From positions 20,212,001-20,276,000 of the forward strand of contig NC_043002.1 of the NCBI RefSeq assembly GCF_006345805.1: 64,000 bases of DNA. The letters are read 5' to 3'. Position 1 is the first letter of the stretch; each line of letters opens with the position of its first letter. Origin of the DNA: Octopus sinensis (taxonomy: Eukaryota). Under the pieces are notes generated by a model. It was not told the origin of the DNA and searched no databases. It was given only the letters and a program-made list of their open reading frames with translations. Made by a program: the position numbers and the translations under genes. Shown here in pieces: positions 25,296 to 38,306 of this stretch.

Positions 25296-26174
25296 TATAT
25301 ATATATATATACACACATACATACATATTTAAAATCAAGACCTTGTAAATAAGAATGGAGAATTATATATCTTCAAAAATTACAGTTTTATTATCTTAAA
25401 CAATTCTGTATGTCCCTATCATTCGATGTGATTAGCCTGATCTGGATTATATCAGAGTGTCAAAAAAAGATATCTCCTGGGATTCCAAATCCTATTCCTT
25501 TCCAATATGGAAAACTGGACATTAAATGATGATGATGATGATTATATGTATATATTACAGATATATATATATATATACATATATATATATGTATATATGT
25601 ATACACACACATCATCATCATCATCTCATTATTTTACATCTGCTTTCCATACTGGGATGGGTTGGATGGTTTGACAGGATTCCATAGGCAGTGGACATCT
25701 TACTCCTGTGTCTCAATTTTGACTTGGTTTCTATGGCTGGAAACCCTTCCTAACAGCAACCACCTTACAGAGTGAACTGTGTAACATGGTGTAGTATAAT
25801 GCCATGCAAGGGTCATGTGGAAGTATGGTAATGTGAAGTGATGATGTGTTATTTAGTCTCAAATCAGTCCTAATGTAACAGGGATTCCCACAAAGCCTTC
25901 AAGCCTCAACTATACTGTATTTTCCTTTTTTTTTTCTGGAATAGTGTGCTCCAGACTACATTATCCAATGTGTTCTTTCTTTTAAAAGATAGTAGGGTGT
26001 GATTTTGAGGAGAGATAGCTCATGATGGGGGTGGTTTGAAAGATGTGGAGTTGAGCTAAAAAGCTGGAAACATTTCCATTAGGACTACTCAAAATTTTTT
26101 TAATCTTAGAAGTAAGCTTTCATTAGGGATTGAGACCTTAACAACTAAAAGCAAGAAAGGAAACACATACATAC

Positions 26175-27015
26175 CTGTCAGCTTTATATAATCGACCAGG
26201 CACTCCTATTTTGAGGAAAGGGGATTTTGATTGCGGCATTTTAGGAGGTACGGTAGGTAATGTTGGGTGGGTGCTTTTCCTTGCACGGATCACATTTTGT
26301 TTCAAGATCTTCGGCTGCTGACTTTGCTTTTGGAAGAACTTGAATTCCAAATCTTGAGGGTCACTAACATACGTTTTTGGGAAATCAGGCTTCTTCAGGC
26401 CTTGGTTAACTTTAATATCAGCATGAGGATCTGCTACAGACCAATCAGAAGATCCTGAGGTGAGATCACTGGCTGAAGAGGCTGTTGAAGCAGACAGCTT
26501 CTGGTTTGGAATGAGTTGTTGCAAGGGGTCATCCTTATGACCATTTGAGACTGCCAAGTGCGGACAACTGCCAGTAAGTGATAAGCTGTGCTTTGTAAGG
26601 TGGCTATTGGACCGCTGACAACATAGTGCAGTCACTGTCTTTGGACAATCTGATGGGCACTTGTTTAATGTAGGAGACGATATAGAATCAGGGGAAAGTC
26701 TGAGACGGCTTTTGCCTCCGCTACTGGAATTTGGTCGAGCACAGAAAACTTTAACAAAATTTAGGTTTTCTTCTGGAGTTTTCACCAAGTTCTGGTTGAC
26801 ATTTTGTGATGAGGAAGCAGAGTGTAAAAATGTGGGTGGTGTCTTGCTCTTTCTGTCTAAACTCCTCGAGCGATTATGTACATTAAAGGCACCTGGCTTT
26901 ATATGAGAGACCTGAGAAAGGACTCTGCTACCTTCCTTCGCCGAGTACTGACGCAACTGTTGTTTTTTAGTCAAAGACTGAAGTGCTTCCTTGACAGAGT
27001 TTTCTTCATGGGTTT
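26175..27015 (-). CDS. TTLL5: TTLL5 exon U (841 nt): S/P/K-rich C-terminal region starting THEENSVKEALQSLTKKQQLRQYSA
   Basis: tgtag acceptor, gtatgt donor; 279 open codons; ALQxLxxKQxxRQYS resembles the recalled vertebrate LQRLAEKQAARQYS; phase 1 to 2. Confidence 0.88.
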
Positions 27016-27440
27016 CTACAGAACAAAATAAATATATAAAATATATTAAAAAAATACAGAGAAACATTTATAAAAAGTGACAAAAATGTGAAAATAAAAA
27101 TTAGAAAAAGACAATAGGAAAAGAAAAGGCATTAATCTATGCATTGAATGATATATTAATATACATAGAATAATTGTAGATAATATAACAAAGCACCATC
27201 GAAAAGGGAATAACAGCTGCTATTCACATTTCATTTGTGACTATTCACAGTTTATATATTGATAAAAAAAAGTCATCAATAAGATTACGCATAAGTGAGA
27301 TAGAAGCAGGCTTTGTTTTTATGGCAAACCAGATTTAATTCCATGTATATGTACACACATACAGTGACTGCATCAATTTTCTGAAAGCTAACTACATACA
27401 GGAGCAAGGAATATGGCCAATTTGAGAAAATCAAACTTAC

Positions 27441-27518
27441 CAACTGATGCGTCTGAACCAGCATAAGGAAGACATGGAGATTTTGGTGTTACGGGTGTGT
27501 TCTTAGATAACGTTGTTG
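27441..27518 (-). CDS. TTLL5: TTLL5 exon T (78 nt): TTLSKNTPVTPKSPCLPYAGSDASV
   Basis: Strong ctctctccag acceptor and gtaagt donor; phase 1 to 1; no homology support. Confidence 0.75.
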
Positions 27519-27838
27519 CTGGAGAGAGAAAGACAGCAAATAGGAGATTAGGGAAAAGCCCACAGACCATGAAAATGAGATAGAGGACATAAGTGAAGGT
27601 GGAGGGAGTCAGTTTAAGGGAGAAATAAAAAGACACAAAGGAAAGGTAGAATAAAGGATATGGAAAGGTGGAAGGCAACAGAGTGGAAGAAGATGGAGAA
27701 AGAGAACGAGATGGAAGGGGAAAGAGAAATGGAGGTAGATAGTCAGACAACAAAGGAAACAGATTATGCTTTTGATCATATATTTGTTTGATTCAAGGAT
27801 GGCCTAGAGCTAAGGAACATCAAAATGCGTACACTTAC

Positions 27839-28047
27839 TTTTTGCCAAACGGTGCTGTGAAGATTTCGTCTGCTTTTGTCCCTGGTTCCAGTCTCCTGGA
27901 TAAAACACTTTTGTGTGTTTGTTGTCTCTGTCCCCAGCCTGGTTGTGGCTGGCAGCTCCATCACCAGTGCAGCAATTGCCCAAGAAAATACTGCCAGACT
28001 TCCGCAGCTTGGTGTAGGTCGTCAACACTAGTTCCAGCTCATTCTCA
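27839..28047 (-). CDS. TTLL5: TTLL5 exon S (209 nt): DENELELVLTTYTKLRKSGSIFLG...SSQHRLAK
   Basis: ttttcag acceptor, gtaagt donor; ExELExVLTxYTxxxKSxSxFLG; phase 2 to 1. Confidence 0.92.
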
Positions 28048-29389
28048 CTGAAAAAGGGAGTTGAGGCCAAGGAGGATACAATGAAGAACTTAAAGAATTG
28101 TGTGTGAGTGTGAGTGAGAAATTACATTACTTCTTTATGTCATGAGGCTTTAGTTGAAAAGAGTGAATAGATGTTTGACTTCAATGCCAGGATATTGCAG
28201 GTACTTATTTCATTGAGCCTGGAATTTTAAAGACAAAAATGACCCCGCTTTTCCACAATGGAATTAGAAATCAAAAAGCGAGGCATAGAACTACAATAAT
28301 CCATCTTGTGGTATTTGAACTCAAAATATGGAGAGAGGGAGAATAAATCTGTATAATAAATAGCTCTGATGATATAGGTAATGACAATACCATATTTTCT
28401 AGCAAAGAAGTTGTATTTTTCACACTTGTCTACCGAAAAAGATAGGTCTGGCTTTTACATCAAGATAACTTTAGAGGATAACATGTTCCTTGTGAAATGC
28501 AGCAGGACTTTGAATGAAAGACAAAGTTGACTGTGGCAGAATTTGAACTCAGAATGTAAAGAACTGAAAGAATTACTGTAAAGCATTTTTCCTTCCAATG
28601 AAGGAAATGGCAGCTAATCACCTTTATAATAATTATTTGTAATTTTGGTACAAGGCCAAAAATCTTGAGACCAGACGTTAGCTGATACACTGAGCCCAGT
28701 AGTTGTCTGGTACTTTATCTTAACTTCAAAGGGATGAAAGGCAAACTTGACCTGAGTGGGATTTGAACTCTGAACATAATCAGCCTAAACAAATACTGCA
28801 AAGCATTATATGTTTGATGCTTAAGTGTGATGGCACAGGGGAAAACCTATCAGATGTTGCTAAATAAACAAATGAGAAAAATGCGGTCAGTGTTAACACT
28901 CAATGTTTTTAGATCCTAGTTGTGGCTATAGATTGAATACCAGTAGTGCTGCCCATTTTATTTATGAGGAAAGGTTTAAGTTTTTAGTTCTTAGAAAATA
29001 GGCCTTTTTTTGAGAAAACAGTGAAGTTGAAACACTGGGTTGTGTCTGTTCATCCAAAATAAAGAGGAAAAAAAAAGGCATATCACAATCAAAAATTAAG
29101 ATATTTGAAAAATTAAAATTTTTTCTGAAATCTGTGAGTAATGCTTTTTCTGAATAATACATAAAACACCATTTCAAATTTTTTACCATGTTAATGGTTT
29201 TCCCCTGTGCCATCACAGTTCTGCCAAGTCATAATCCTTATAATAAGCCTTTCTTCTGTAAGCACAAGGGTGGAAATTTTGGTGGGAGGGGCTAGTCAAT
29301 AACATCAATCCCAGTACTCAACCTTCACTTAAGCCATCAATGCTGAAAGGCTAAGTTGACCTTGGTGGAATTTGAACTCCGGACACAAA

Positions 29390-29970
29390 AATGGACGAAA
29401 TGCAGATAAGCACATGGTTCCGGGTTCAGTCCCACAGTATGGCATTTTGGGCAAGTGTTTTCTACTATAGCTTCACACGGATCAAATCCTTGTGAATGGA
29501 GTTCATAGAAAGAAACTGAAAGAAGACTGTTGTATATGTGTGTGTGTGTGTGTGCATATGTGTGCGTATGTGTGTGCATATGTGTGTGTGTGTATGCATG
29601 TATATGTGCGTGTGTGCATACGTGTGCGCAAGTGTGTATGCATGTGTGTGTGTACATATGTGTGTATCTGTGTATGTGTGCATGTGTACGTATGTGCATG
29701 CACATGTGTGCATGTATATGTGTGCATGTGTGTGTGCATGCGTATGTGCGTGCGTATGTGTGTGCATGTGTGTTTTCCCCCACCCACACTGTTTGACAAC
29801 TGTTGTTTATGTGTTTACATTCCTGTAATTTAGCAGTTTGGCAAAAAGAGACCAATAGAAAAAGCAACAGGCTTAAAAAAAACACATAAGTGCTGTGGTT
29901 GATTCAGTTGACTAAAGCTCTTCAAGGTGGTGCCCCAGTATGGCCACAGTCTAATGAATGAAACAAGATA
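29390..29970 (+). mobile_element. Diverged SINE family A with a ~240-bp central microsatellite expansion
   Basis: Family A halves flank a (TG/CG/TA)n tract at 29530-29770. Confidence 0.8.
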
Positions 29971-29990
29971 AAAGACTCGTACACACATAT

Positions 29991-30205
29991 CATCATCATC
30001 ATCGTTTAACATCCGCTTTCCATGCTAGCATGGTTTGGACGATTTTGACTGTGGGCTGGCGAACCAGATGGCTGCACCAGGCTCCAATCTTGATCTGGCA
30101 GAGTTTCTACAGCTGGATGCCCTTCCTTACACCAACCACTCCAAGAGTGTAGTGGGCGCTTTTTACGTGCCACCAGCACAGGGGCCAGTCAGGCGACCTC
30201 GCTCG
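29991..30205 (-). mobile_element. SINE family C
   Basis: (CAT)n tail and core as at 24724. Confidence 0.85.
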
Positions 30206-30454
30206 ACTATAATTATGTGTATGTTTGTGCAAGTCCATTTTGTTAAATAGTAAAAAAAGAAAACCAATAACTGTTTCCAAATTGACTCTCAGTTTTCATA
30301 CACAACATATAAGACAAAGAAATACAGATGTGTGGCAGACTGATTTTTATTGTAGATATGTCAACGTATATGCGAAAGAACGAGACACACACACATGAAA
30401 TGTGTGTCTGTGAATTTGCACATTTGCACATATGAAAAGAAAGTCAAAACTCAC

Positions 30455-30552
30455 TCAGAAGATGACATGAAATTGTTGAACTCTTCATCATTGATTCCTG
30501 GACTTGCTTTCTCTGGTTCATTATGCAAAAGCTTCTTGAATTGATGAGTTTC
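30455..30552 (-). CDS. TTLL5: TTLL5 exon R (98 nt): ETHQFKKLLHNEPEKASPGINDEEFNNFMSSS
   Basis: cttcag acceptor, gtgagt donor; ET...G(I/V)N..F..F pattern; phase 0 to 2. Confidence 0.88.
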
Positions 30553-31677
30553 CTGAAGGAATAAATAAAAAAAAGACAATAAAATAAACTGCAGGTCTAA
30601 CTTTCTTAAGTGCTGGTGACATGTAGAAGTCACCTGTGTCATTGACACACAAAAGACACCCAGTACACTTTGGAAAGTGGATGGCATTAGGAAGGGCATC
30701 CAGCAATAGAAACCAAGCCAAAAACAGATGACTGAAGCCTGGTGCAACTCTTCAGCTTACCAGTTCTGGTCAAATTGTCTAGTCCATGCCAGGATGGAAA
30801 ATGAATGCTAAATGATGTGTCCAGCAGTGCATCTATCCACCTACCATCTCTCCCTGAAGTCTGAAGATCACTACATTTGTGGTTAATGTACAGTGGGTCT
30901 CACATTTTTTTTTCCATTAGGAAAGGAAATGGATTCTACACATATCCAGTACTAACTAGAGAAAACTATGACCAACTCCTCCAATCTAAAATACATTCCT
31001 TCTCTGATATATCAGTAAATTACTAACTTTTTTTTATTGAGATTATAATTCCAGTGAAGTTGGATTTAGTTATTTACTTTTGGATAGTGTATCAAATAGT
31101 CTTATGATTAAGCAGAAAAACTACATCATAAAATTTGAGCCAACAGAAGAACTTATATGGTTGCTGAACACCTGCAAGAAATAGCAGCCAACTTTCTCTC
31201 AGGTCAAAAAAAACAAATCAAAAAAGACTGGGGGTAATGTGAACCCAAAAAAACAAAGGATGATTATGACTAGAATGCCATTGCTCACAGTGTCTACTCA
31301 ATTAAGCTTGCCCTGGGCTATAAATCAAAAGACAAGAATAGGTCAACATACATAAATGAAAGGTTGTATCCCAAATATACAAGTCTTTACAAATAAGCAT
31401 TGTATAATGCTTCTTTCTTTTCTGGAAACTCACCGCATACTGGCAGCTGATGGCTTGCGGACTGGTGTCAGACCACCACTTTGAGTAGCACTGCTGTAAT
31501 GCATTCTGTACAACACTTATTGTTGCCACGTCTACTGCTTTGATTGTAGCAGAATAAAGATTTCCAAGTTTGACACATGGTTGCAAATTTAGGGGAAGGA
31601 GAATATGGTTGCAGTCAATCAAATCTACCCCCAGTAATGAACTGCTTCTTAAGTTACTCACCCAGGAAGAATGAGAG

Positions 31678-31713
<36 letters not shown>

Positions 31714-31994
31714 GGAAAAAAAAATCACTCCAAGCAAGATTTGACCACGAAAGATAAAATGGCTGTAATTAATTACTACAAGACATTCTATTAATTCTGC
31801 TATTCACCACTATCAATAATAGCTTCTAACATAGGCATCAAGCCAAACATTCGTAGAGAAGAGTTCAAGTTGATAAAATCAACATTAGTACTTAACTATA
31901 AATATTATTTTACTGACACTTGATACTGCTCTTGATTGCTAGTTTTAAACACAGAAAAGTAGTCTCAATGCAAGATTTACATCCTCATTCTTAC

Positions 31995-32141
31995 CTTTTT
32001 GTAATGCCTCACAAACTCAGATAGTTCTTTTGCTAAGACTCTGCAACGATCCTTTACTGCAAGTTTCTTACTAGGGGCAATGATTTGGAAATTTCTCTGT
32101 AAATTGGCAGCAGCTCTCTTTAGAAAACGTATCACCAGATC
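31995..32141 (-). CDS. TTLL5: TTLL5 exon Q (147 nt): DLVIRFLKRAAANLQRNFQIIAPSKKLAVKDRCRVLAKELSEFVRHYKK
   Basis: actag acceptor, gtaaga donor; LVxRFLKRAxxNLQ...PS; phase 0 to 0. Confidence 0.93.
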
Positions 32142-34017
32142 CTAGTTCATAATAGAAAATGGTAGCAGTGGTAGTTGTAGTGGTTTTTTTTTTTATTGTT
32201 GTTGTTGTGGTAGTGTAGTGATGGTGGTTATGAAGGGATGATTGTGGTGGGTGATTCTAGTTTTAAATAACTGTATCAGTGGGGTTTGTTTTGGAAGTTG
32301 TAGTAGTTGCTTTAGTACTTCTTGGTTGTGTGGTGGCAGTAAAACAAAAAGTAGAGAAAAGTAACAACTGCATGAATGCCTGTATGCAATTTAGGCAAAG
32401 TGATAAACAGGAAAAAGAAATTTCAAAATAGCAGTGATCAACTTCAGTGATTTATTTTTAAAATTAACCATTCTCAAAGTAAGTCTCCCCAATAAACATC
32501 CCTTTCTACTTGACCAGGCTTGCATCATACATACTAAGTGTAAAGGAACTCCAATTTGTTTCAAACCAACAAAACCATCAGTTCTGACAATATTCTTTCC
32601 ATTACTCTCAATACACTCAGAGCAAACCACTATTCTCACCAAACTCAAGGGAAAGGTAGTTAGTAGCTGTCCTTATCTCTTTTCAGATACCCACCTCTTT
32701 CTCTCACTTTGTAGGGACATATGACTTTTTTTGGAAGCTTGCAACAGTAAAACATTCCCACACAGAGCAACCTATCTATCTTGGTCAACTATCATCCTTA
32801 TTACATTAAATTCATATACCTGAAAGGTGATAAGGACAGCTTTTAACTACCTTTCCCATAAACTTGAATTTGTCTCCCTCCTTAATAAACACCAGCAACA
32901 GCTTTCATAAAGCTACATCTACTGGAGATCTAATTTCCCATTAGTAAAGTTTTCAACTGTGTCTGCTATACAAATTCCCAGGCAAAATATAGCCAGTTTA
33001 TAGACCCCCATCCATTTTTCATCTCATGGGTTAGTGACTTACTGTCAATTTGCGCCAGTGCTGATGCAGCTTCCTCTAACTCACATCATCAACTCAATTG
33101 TGTTCCATGGTTGTCTGGTTTTCTCCTCCACACTCTTTTTAAACAAGAAGAATCTACTTACTGTCAAATTCCATCACCACCAATTCTTGTACTGATGATG
33201 CCACTCCTAATTCCTAACTCCTATGTCCAAGCATCATCTGCATGCAACCTAGACACTTCACACTAAATCTGCAATGAGGTCATCAATATAAACCTTGAAA
33301 ACGTCCTCCTGTGAGGTCATTCCAATTTTGTGTCTTTCAACAACATAGAGACATGATCACTACACACAGCAAGAAAACCTTCTCATAGTTTCCAATCTAA
33401 ATATGAACAGTATCTTATTAGAACCATCAAAGTTGCAATAAATGCTAGGCTTCACAACCACTGAGGATCTTTCCTACTGAATATGATATCACAATGACTA
33501 GATTTCTCTTTAGATTCAGAAAGCACTTCAGCCTCCTCCAACAACAACTGCTGAATCTATAAAGGACAGGTAAATATCTACAGAGAAATACTGCTCAAAC
33601 ATCTGAGATGGAACAGCTGTTACATATACAAATTTCTCAGACCACATACAAAGAAAGACAACTCAACTGATTGGCCTGAAGTTGCTTACCATCCCGTTGT
33701 TCTCTGTAAATATATTATTGTATTGCCAAAGACTGGGCCTTTGGATTCATTTGTTCAATATTCTTGGGAATAATTTCTATTTTTGATCTTCCAAACCATC
33801 TTTAAACTTTAGTTAGGTTTAGAGAGTAAGAGCACTTTCAATTTACTAGCAAAATATCAAAATATTGAGGTTGCCAACTGCCAAAAAGAACCCCCACCAC
33901 CATCAGGATCGCAATATATTGATTAGTTTTGATTGAAAACAAAAAGTATGGAGAGGAATTGATGAAGACAGTAACATAAATTGGAGTGGATAAGAAGTGA
34001 ATAAGACTATAGCTTAC

Positions 34018-34132
34018 CATTTGTTCAGTTAATGAATCAACATCACTTGGTTCATTTGAGTTTGCTTCAGCCACAAGTCTTTGCTGGACTTTGGTTAGAT
34101 AAAGAGCAAAGGCTGTACGAGCTTGCAATTGA
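34018..34132 (-). CDS. TTLL5: TTLL5 exon P (115 nt): SQLQARTAFALYLTKVQQRLVAEANSNEPSDVDSLTEQM
   Basis: cttcag acceptor, gtaagc donor; QARxAFxxYLxxVQxRL...EQM; phase 2 to 0. Confidence 0.93.
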
Positions 34133-34442
34133 CTGAAGATTACAGAAAGAACAGCAGAAACTTAACAACATGGTTAAATGGCAGAACTGATAAAACAGAC
34201 AAAACATGTTGTGGTTTTGGTTAAGTCTTTTTATGCTCAGATGTCTTTTTAAGCTTATATATATATATATATATAAAATAAGGGCAAAAGAAAAATTCTA
34301 ATGCCAAATATGCTGAAAAAAAGACAAAATTGTCAGTAACCATTATAATTTATGCGTCTCAAAACATGCCGAGAGAAATTTCTAAAAAATTCCGTTATTA
34401 CCATATTGGTAATATATATTGTATTTATCATCATCATCATTG

Positions 34443-34491
<49 letters not shown>

Positions 34492-34638
34492 ACACACACA
34501 CAAATACATAGATATATGCATACATATAGTCACATATGAATGTATACACATGCACTGTCATAGACACATATATACATACACAGAGCAGCAAATGAGATGA
34601 ATACATGATTAAATGTTTCGTAAAATTTTAAGCTTTAC

Positions 34639-35068
34639 CTCAAATTACCACCACTTTGCAATATCAGCACAAGTTTGTGTTTGTCTGAAAACTGTCCTTT
34701 GTTCAGACAGACGGCATTTTGCTTCATTGTCATGTCTGACATAGCTTTGTCTGACATAGCTTTGTCTGCAATAGCTTTGTCTGATGCGGCCTTGACTGAC
34801 AGAGTTTTGTCTGATACTGCCTTGACTGACAGAGTTTTGTCTGATGCTGCCTGATCTGACACAGCTTTGTCAGATGCTGCCTGGTTTGACACAGCATCTC
34901 CTGTCGGCTGATCAACTCCATTTTGTGATGCGCACATTTGCTGAGCTGGCCTGTGTAAGGCTGTTTTCTCCAAGCCTTCTAGAGAGCAATAATAATATGG
35001 TTTGGGTTTATCCAAAGGAGAAATCGGTTTCTTTGATGGCGAAGTTGAATCCTCCCTGGATTTAGGGC
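34639..35068 (-). CDS. TTLL5: TTLL5 exon O (430 nt): linker with pentapeptide repeats, ending LVLILQSGGNL
   Basis: tgtag acceptor, gtaaag donor; open frame; ILQSGGNL resembles recalled ILQDNGNL at the start of the CID; phase 1 to 2. Confidence 0.88.
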
Positions 35069-35358
35069 CTACACGAAATTGAAAGTAAAAAGAGAAAAAA
35101 TATGAAGCATGCATAAAAAAACAGTGAAACATCAAAGCAGTAACAAAAATCTATTTTTCAATTACAACTCAAATTGTTTTATCTTAATTTGAAATTTAAA
35201 AAAAAAATTTTAAATAATAAATTTGAAAAGAGCAATAAAATTTTGGGTGTTTAACCTTATCATTAGAGATGAAGATTAAAAAAAAAAAAAAACGTCTACA
35301 CTACTTTCTGACTAAGTTGGTCTTCAACTACCATCACCTATCTATTCTTGGATGTTAA

Positions 35359-35573
35359 CCCTTTCATTACTGTATTTATTTTGAGATGCTCTGTGTTTCT
35401 TTCAATTACTTTAAATATAACAAAGAATTTAGTAAAATAACTTATTTATCATTTAGCTAGTGTTAGGAACATAAATTGTGACTAAGGTTTAGTGGAAGAT
35501 TTTAATTAAAACCTTATGAAAACAAGGCATTTGTACAACAGAGCCAGTTTCAGCTGGGTTGGTAACGAAAGGG
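35359..35573. mobile_element. piggyBac-type MITE family P1 (215 bp)
   Basis: TTAA|CCCTTTCATTAC...GTAACGAAAGGG|TTAA. Confidence 0.88.
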
Positions 35574-37479
35574 TTAAACTAGTACCAGACAGAATCTGAA
35601 CCTTTATTGCTAAATTGCATCTACATCATTCCAAGTATTTGTGAAAGCTCTATAATTGAAGAAAATGGGAAACTTTAAAAGGCAAGTATAGAGGAACCTT
35701 GAAGGGACTTAATGAGAGGAAAAAACAACACCAGTGAACATATATGGTGCAAGAAAGGGAATCGTAACTACTGTAACAAAATTACCATAATTGAAAGAAA
35801 ATGAAAATGAAAACAGAAGATTTCAAATAACCAGTACATATAATATTTGAATTTGTTTAGCAAGAATTCTGATCTGAAACCATGTTGAAATCAATATTGC
35901 TATATTTTGGAAGAGTCATATTACTAAAGTCTACAATCATATAAAGCAGATGTTGCTTTACATTTTCTATCATATTCTTTGCTTATCCCAATTTTTTCAT
36001 CTCAATGGGTATCATGATTATCATCATCATTAAATATCCATCTTTCATACTGGTATAGCTTGAGGTTTCACAGGACCCAATAGGTCCAAGAACTGTATCA
36101 AACTACAAGGTTTGCTTCTTTTTCTATGGAAGCCCTTAATACCAACTACTTTACAGAGTGCACTGATGCTTCTTTCATGACACCAGCACTAGTGAGATAA
36201 CCATGTAGCTCACAAGGTCAAGTTCCCCTTTTAGTGAGTGTAGCTATAGAAGGGGTTAAAGTATGAAAGAAGAGGCTGGAATAGCTTTCTTGCTGAAGAG
36301 AAGTTTCATGTTTATTTGCATTATAAAAGAGTTGGTAGGAGTAATTATGGTGAAGCTGGAAATCGAAATAAATTAGTTGTTCTGAGGTATCAGAGTGGAC
36401 CTGCAAGATACAAAGAGGTGAAGAGAAGCAAATGGGTACAGAATGGGAAGTATAGGTGGGTAGTGGTTGCAAGAGTGTATGGGGAGAGTGAGGGATGGTC
36501 AGAGATAGGACTGGAAAATATAATAAATTAAGAACAATAAATTAAGATGGGTAGTTAATGAAAAATATGAGTAGGTGGGAAGATAGGGAAGAATAGGTGA
36601 TGACTGACAGCACAGAAACGAATAAGTAGTGAAAAGTAGCAGAACAGTAATAATAATAATAATAGACAGGGGCAGGGTGAGAGAAAGTGTGATGATGTGT
36701 GGTTGAGTAGGATGTAAGAGTGTAGAGTGTGGGGTGAGTGAGAATCTTTGTGGAGGAGAAAGATAATTTGGTAACACAAAGATGATCAGTGTCAAATATG
36801 AGTGGAGATACAATATTGAGAATGAAAAAAATGAAAAGAGGTGAGAAAGTGGCTTCATATAAAATGATGATGAAATATGCAGTCTTGGTCTTAATTACAG
36901 CAGCAGAATACTGCAGAATAGGTTGGTGATGAAGGGATCAGCAATAGAAAGCTATTGGGAGATAGTCAACTTGAGAACTTTTCAGCCTACCCTTGTAGGT
37001 TACCTGGATAACAGAAACTACCTACTACCTCTAAAGGATCCTCCAGGACATTCTAAGTGTTTATTGTTCCTGCACATATGCAAGAACAATAAATAGATAA
37101 ACTGGATTGATTTGGAAAATAGAATGAAAATGAAATTAAAATTTAAATATAATTAATCTGTAAAAAAGAAATTTAAACTTCTATATCATTACAAGACACA
37201 ATGCCTTTTTAAACTACTAGTAATGTGATCCTGAGTTCAAATCTGATCACTACTGGAGCCAGTCTGTTGAATGCTGAAACAAAAGATTTAACTCTTGTCT
37301 ACTGAAATTTACCAAACTGGTTTGGTATAAAAATTTCCTGCAACATTTGCAATGTTGCCAATAGGAAACCCAGTCCAACTGTTTGTAACAGAGAAAATCT
37401 TGTCATTCCTCTCCCTTCCTTAAAGTAACACATCCCTACTCCCACAGAAAAAAAAAAACATATAAGCAAAAGAACTTAC

Positions 37480-37636
37480 TGTGAACAGATACATTTGAGC
37501 GAAGGGTTACCGAATGCCTCTTTCGACGTCGCTTCTTCTTATCTCCCTTTCCCATTGCAGATGCCTTTCTTCTGTCATCCAGTCTTCGCTCGTACTGTTG
37601 GGCACGGCTCTGTGCCAGAATAAACGACTCACAGTT
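37480..37636 (-). CDS. TTLL5: TTLL5 exon N (157 nt): NCESFILAQSRAQQYERRLDDRRKASAMGKGDKKKRRRKRHSVTLRSNVSVH
   Basis: accag acceptor, gtaagt donor at 37479; QYERRL plus a basic KKKRRRKR patch resembles LYERKLL..RKRRRR; phase 0 to 1. Confidence 0.88.
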
Positions 37637-38116
37637 CTGGTCAATGATACAGTAGGATGTATGTTAGGGTACAGCAGTAACACTTTTGTGGTGTGGCTTT
37701 CCTATATACTTGTAGAGGTGCAACCAAAGGTGTATCTGTGTGAATGTTGTTATTTAACAGATGTTGTCATTATTTAACTCCAGGTAAACCCTGATTGAGT
37801 CCACTAGAAATAAAAGCATTCTCTCTGGCCATAATCTGATCATCTTTTTCTCGGTTATAGTGTATTTATGCAATGCAATGTACTAATGTTTTAAAGATGT
37901 TAGGCTATGAATCAAAAGGAAATTTGGTGAGTGTTTCATGAGGATAGGCATCAATCACACCAACACCATGTGGCACCTTGGGCAAGTATCATCTATTATA
38001 GCCTACAGCTGAATCAACATGTGTATATGTCAACAAATGAGTTTCTATATATTTGCTTGGTAGGGGTGTATCCAAGTATGTTTTAGAATATGTAAATGTC
38101 TAAATTTTAGTGTATC

Positions 38117-38306
38117 TGTGCCGGTGGCACATAAAAAGCACCCACTACACTCACAGAGTGGTTGGCATTAGAAAGGGCATCCAGCTGTAGAAACACTGCC
38201 AGATCAGACTGGTGCCTGGTGTAGCCTCCTGGCTTCCCAGATCCCGGTCGAACCATCCAACCCATGCTAGCATGGAAAAAGGACGTTAAACGATGATGAT
38301 GATGAT
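38117..38306 (+). mobile_element. SINE family C
   Basis: Core plus GGACGTTAAACGATGATGAT tail. Confidence 0.85.

Noticed and set aside
37511-37511. Alternative donor GTAACC ending exon N at 126 nt
   Set aside because: It gives phase 0, whereas the next acceptor (35068) needs phase 1; the stronger GTAAGT at 37479 restores the frame.
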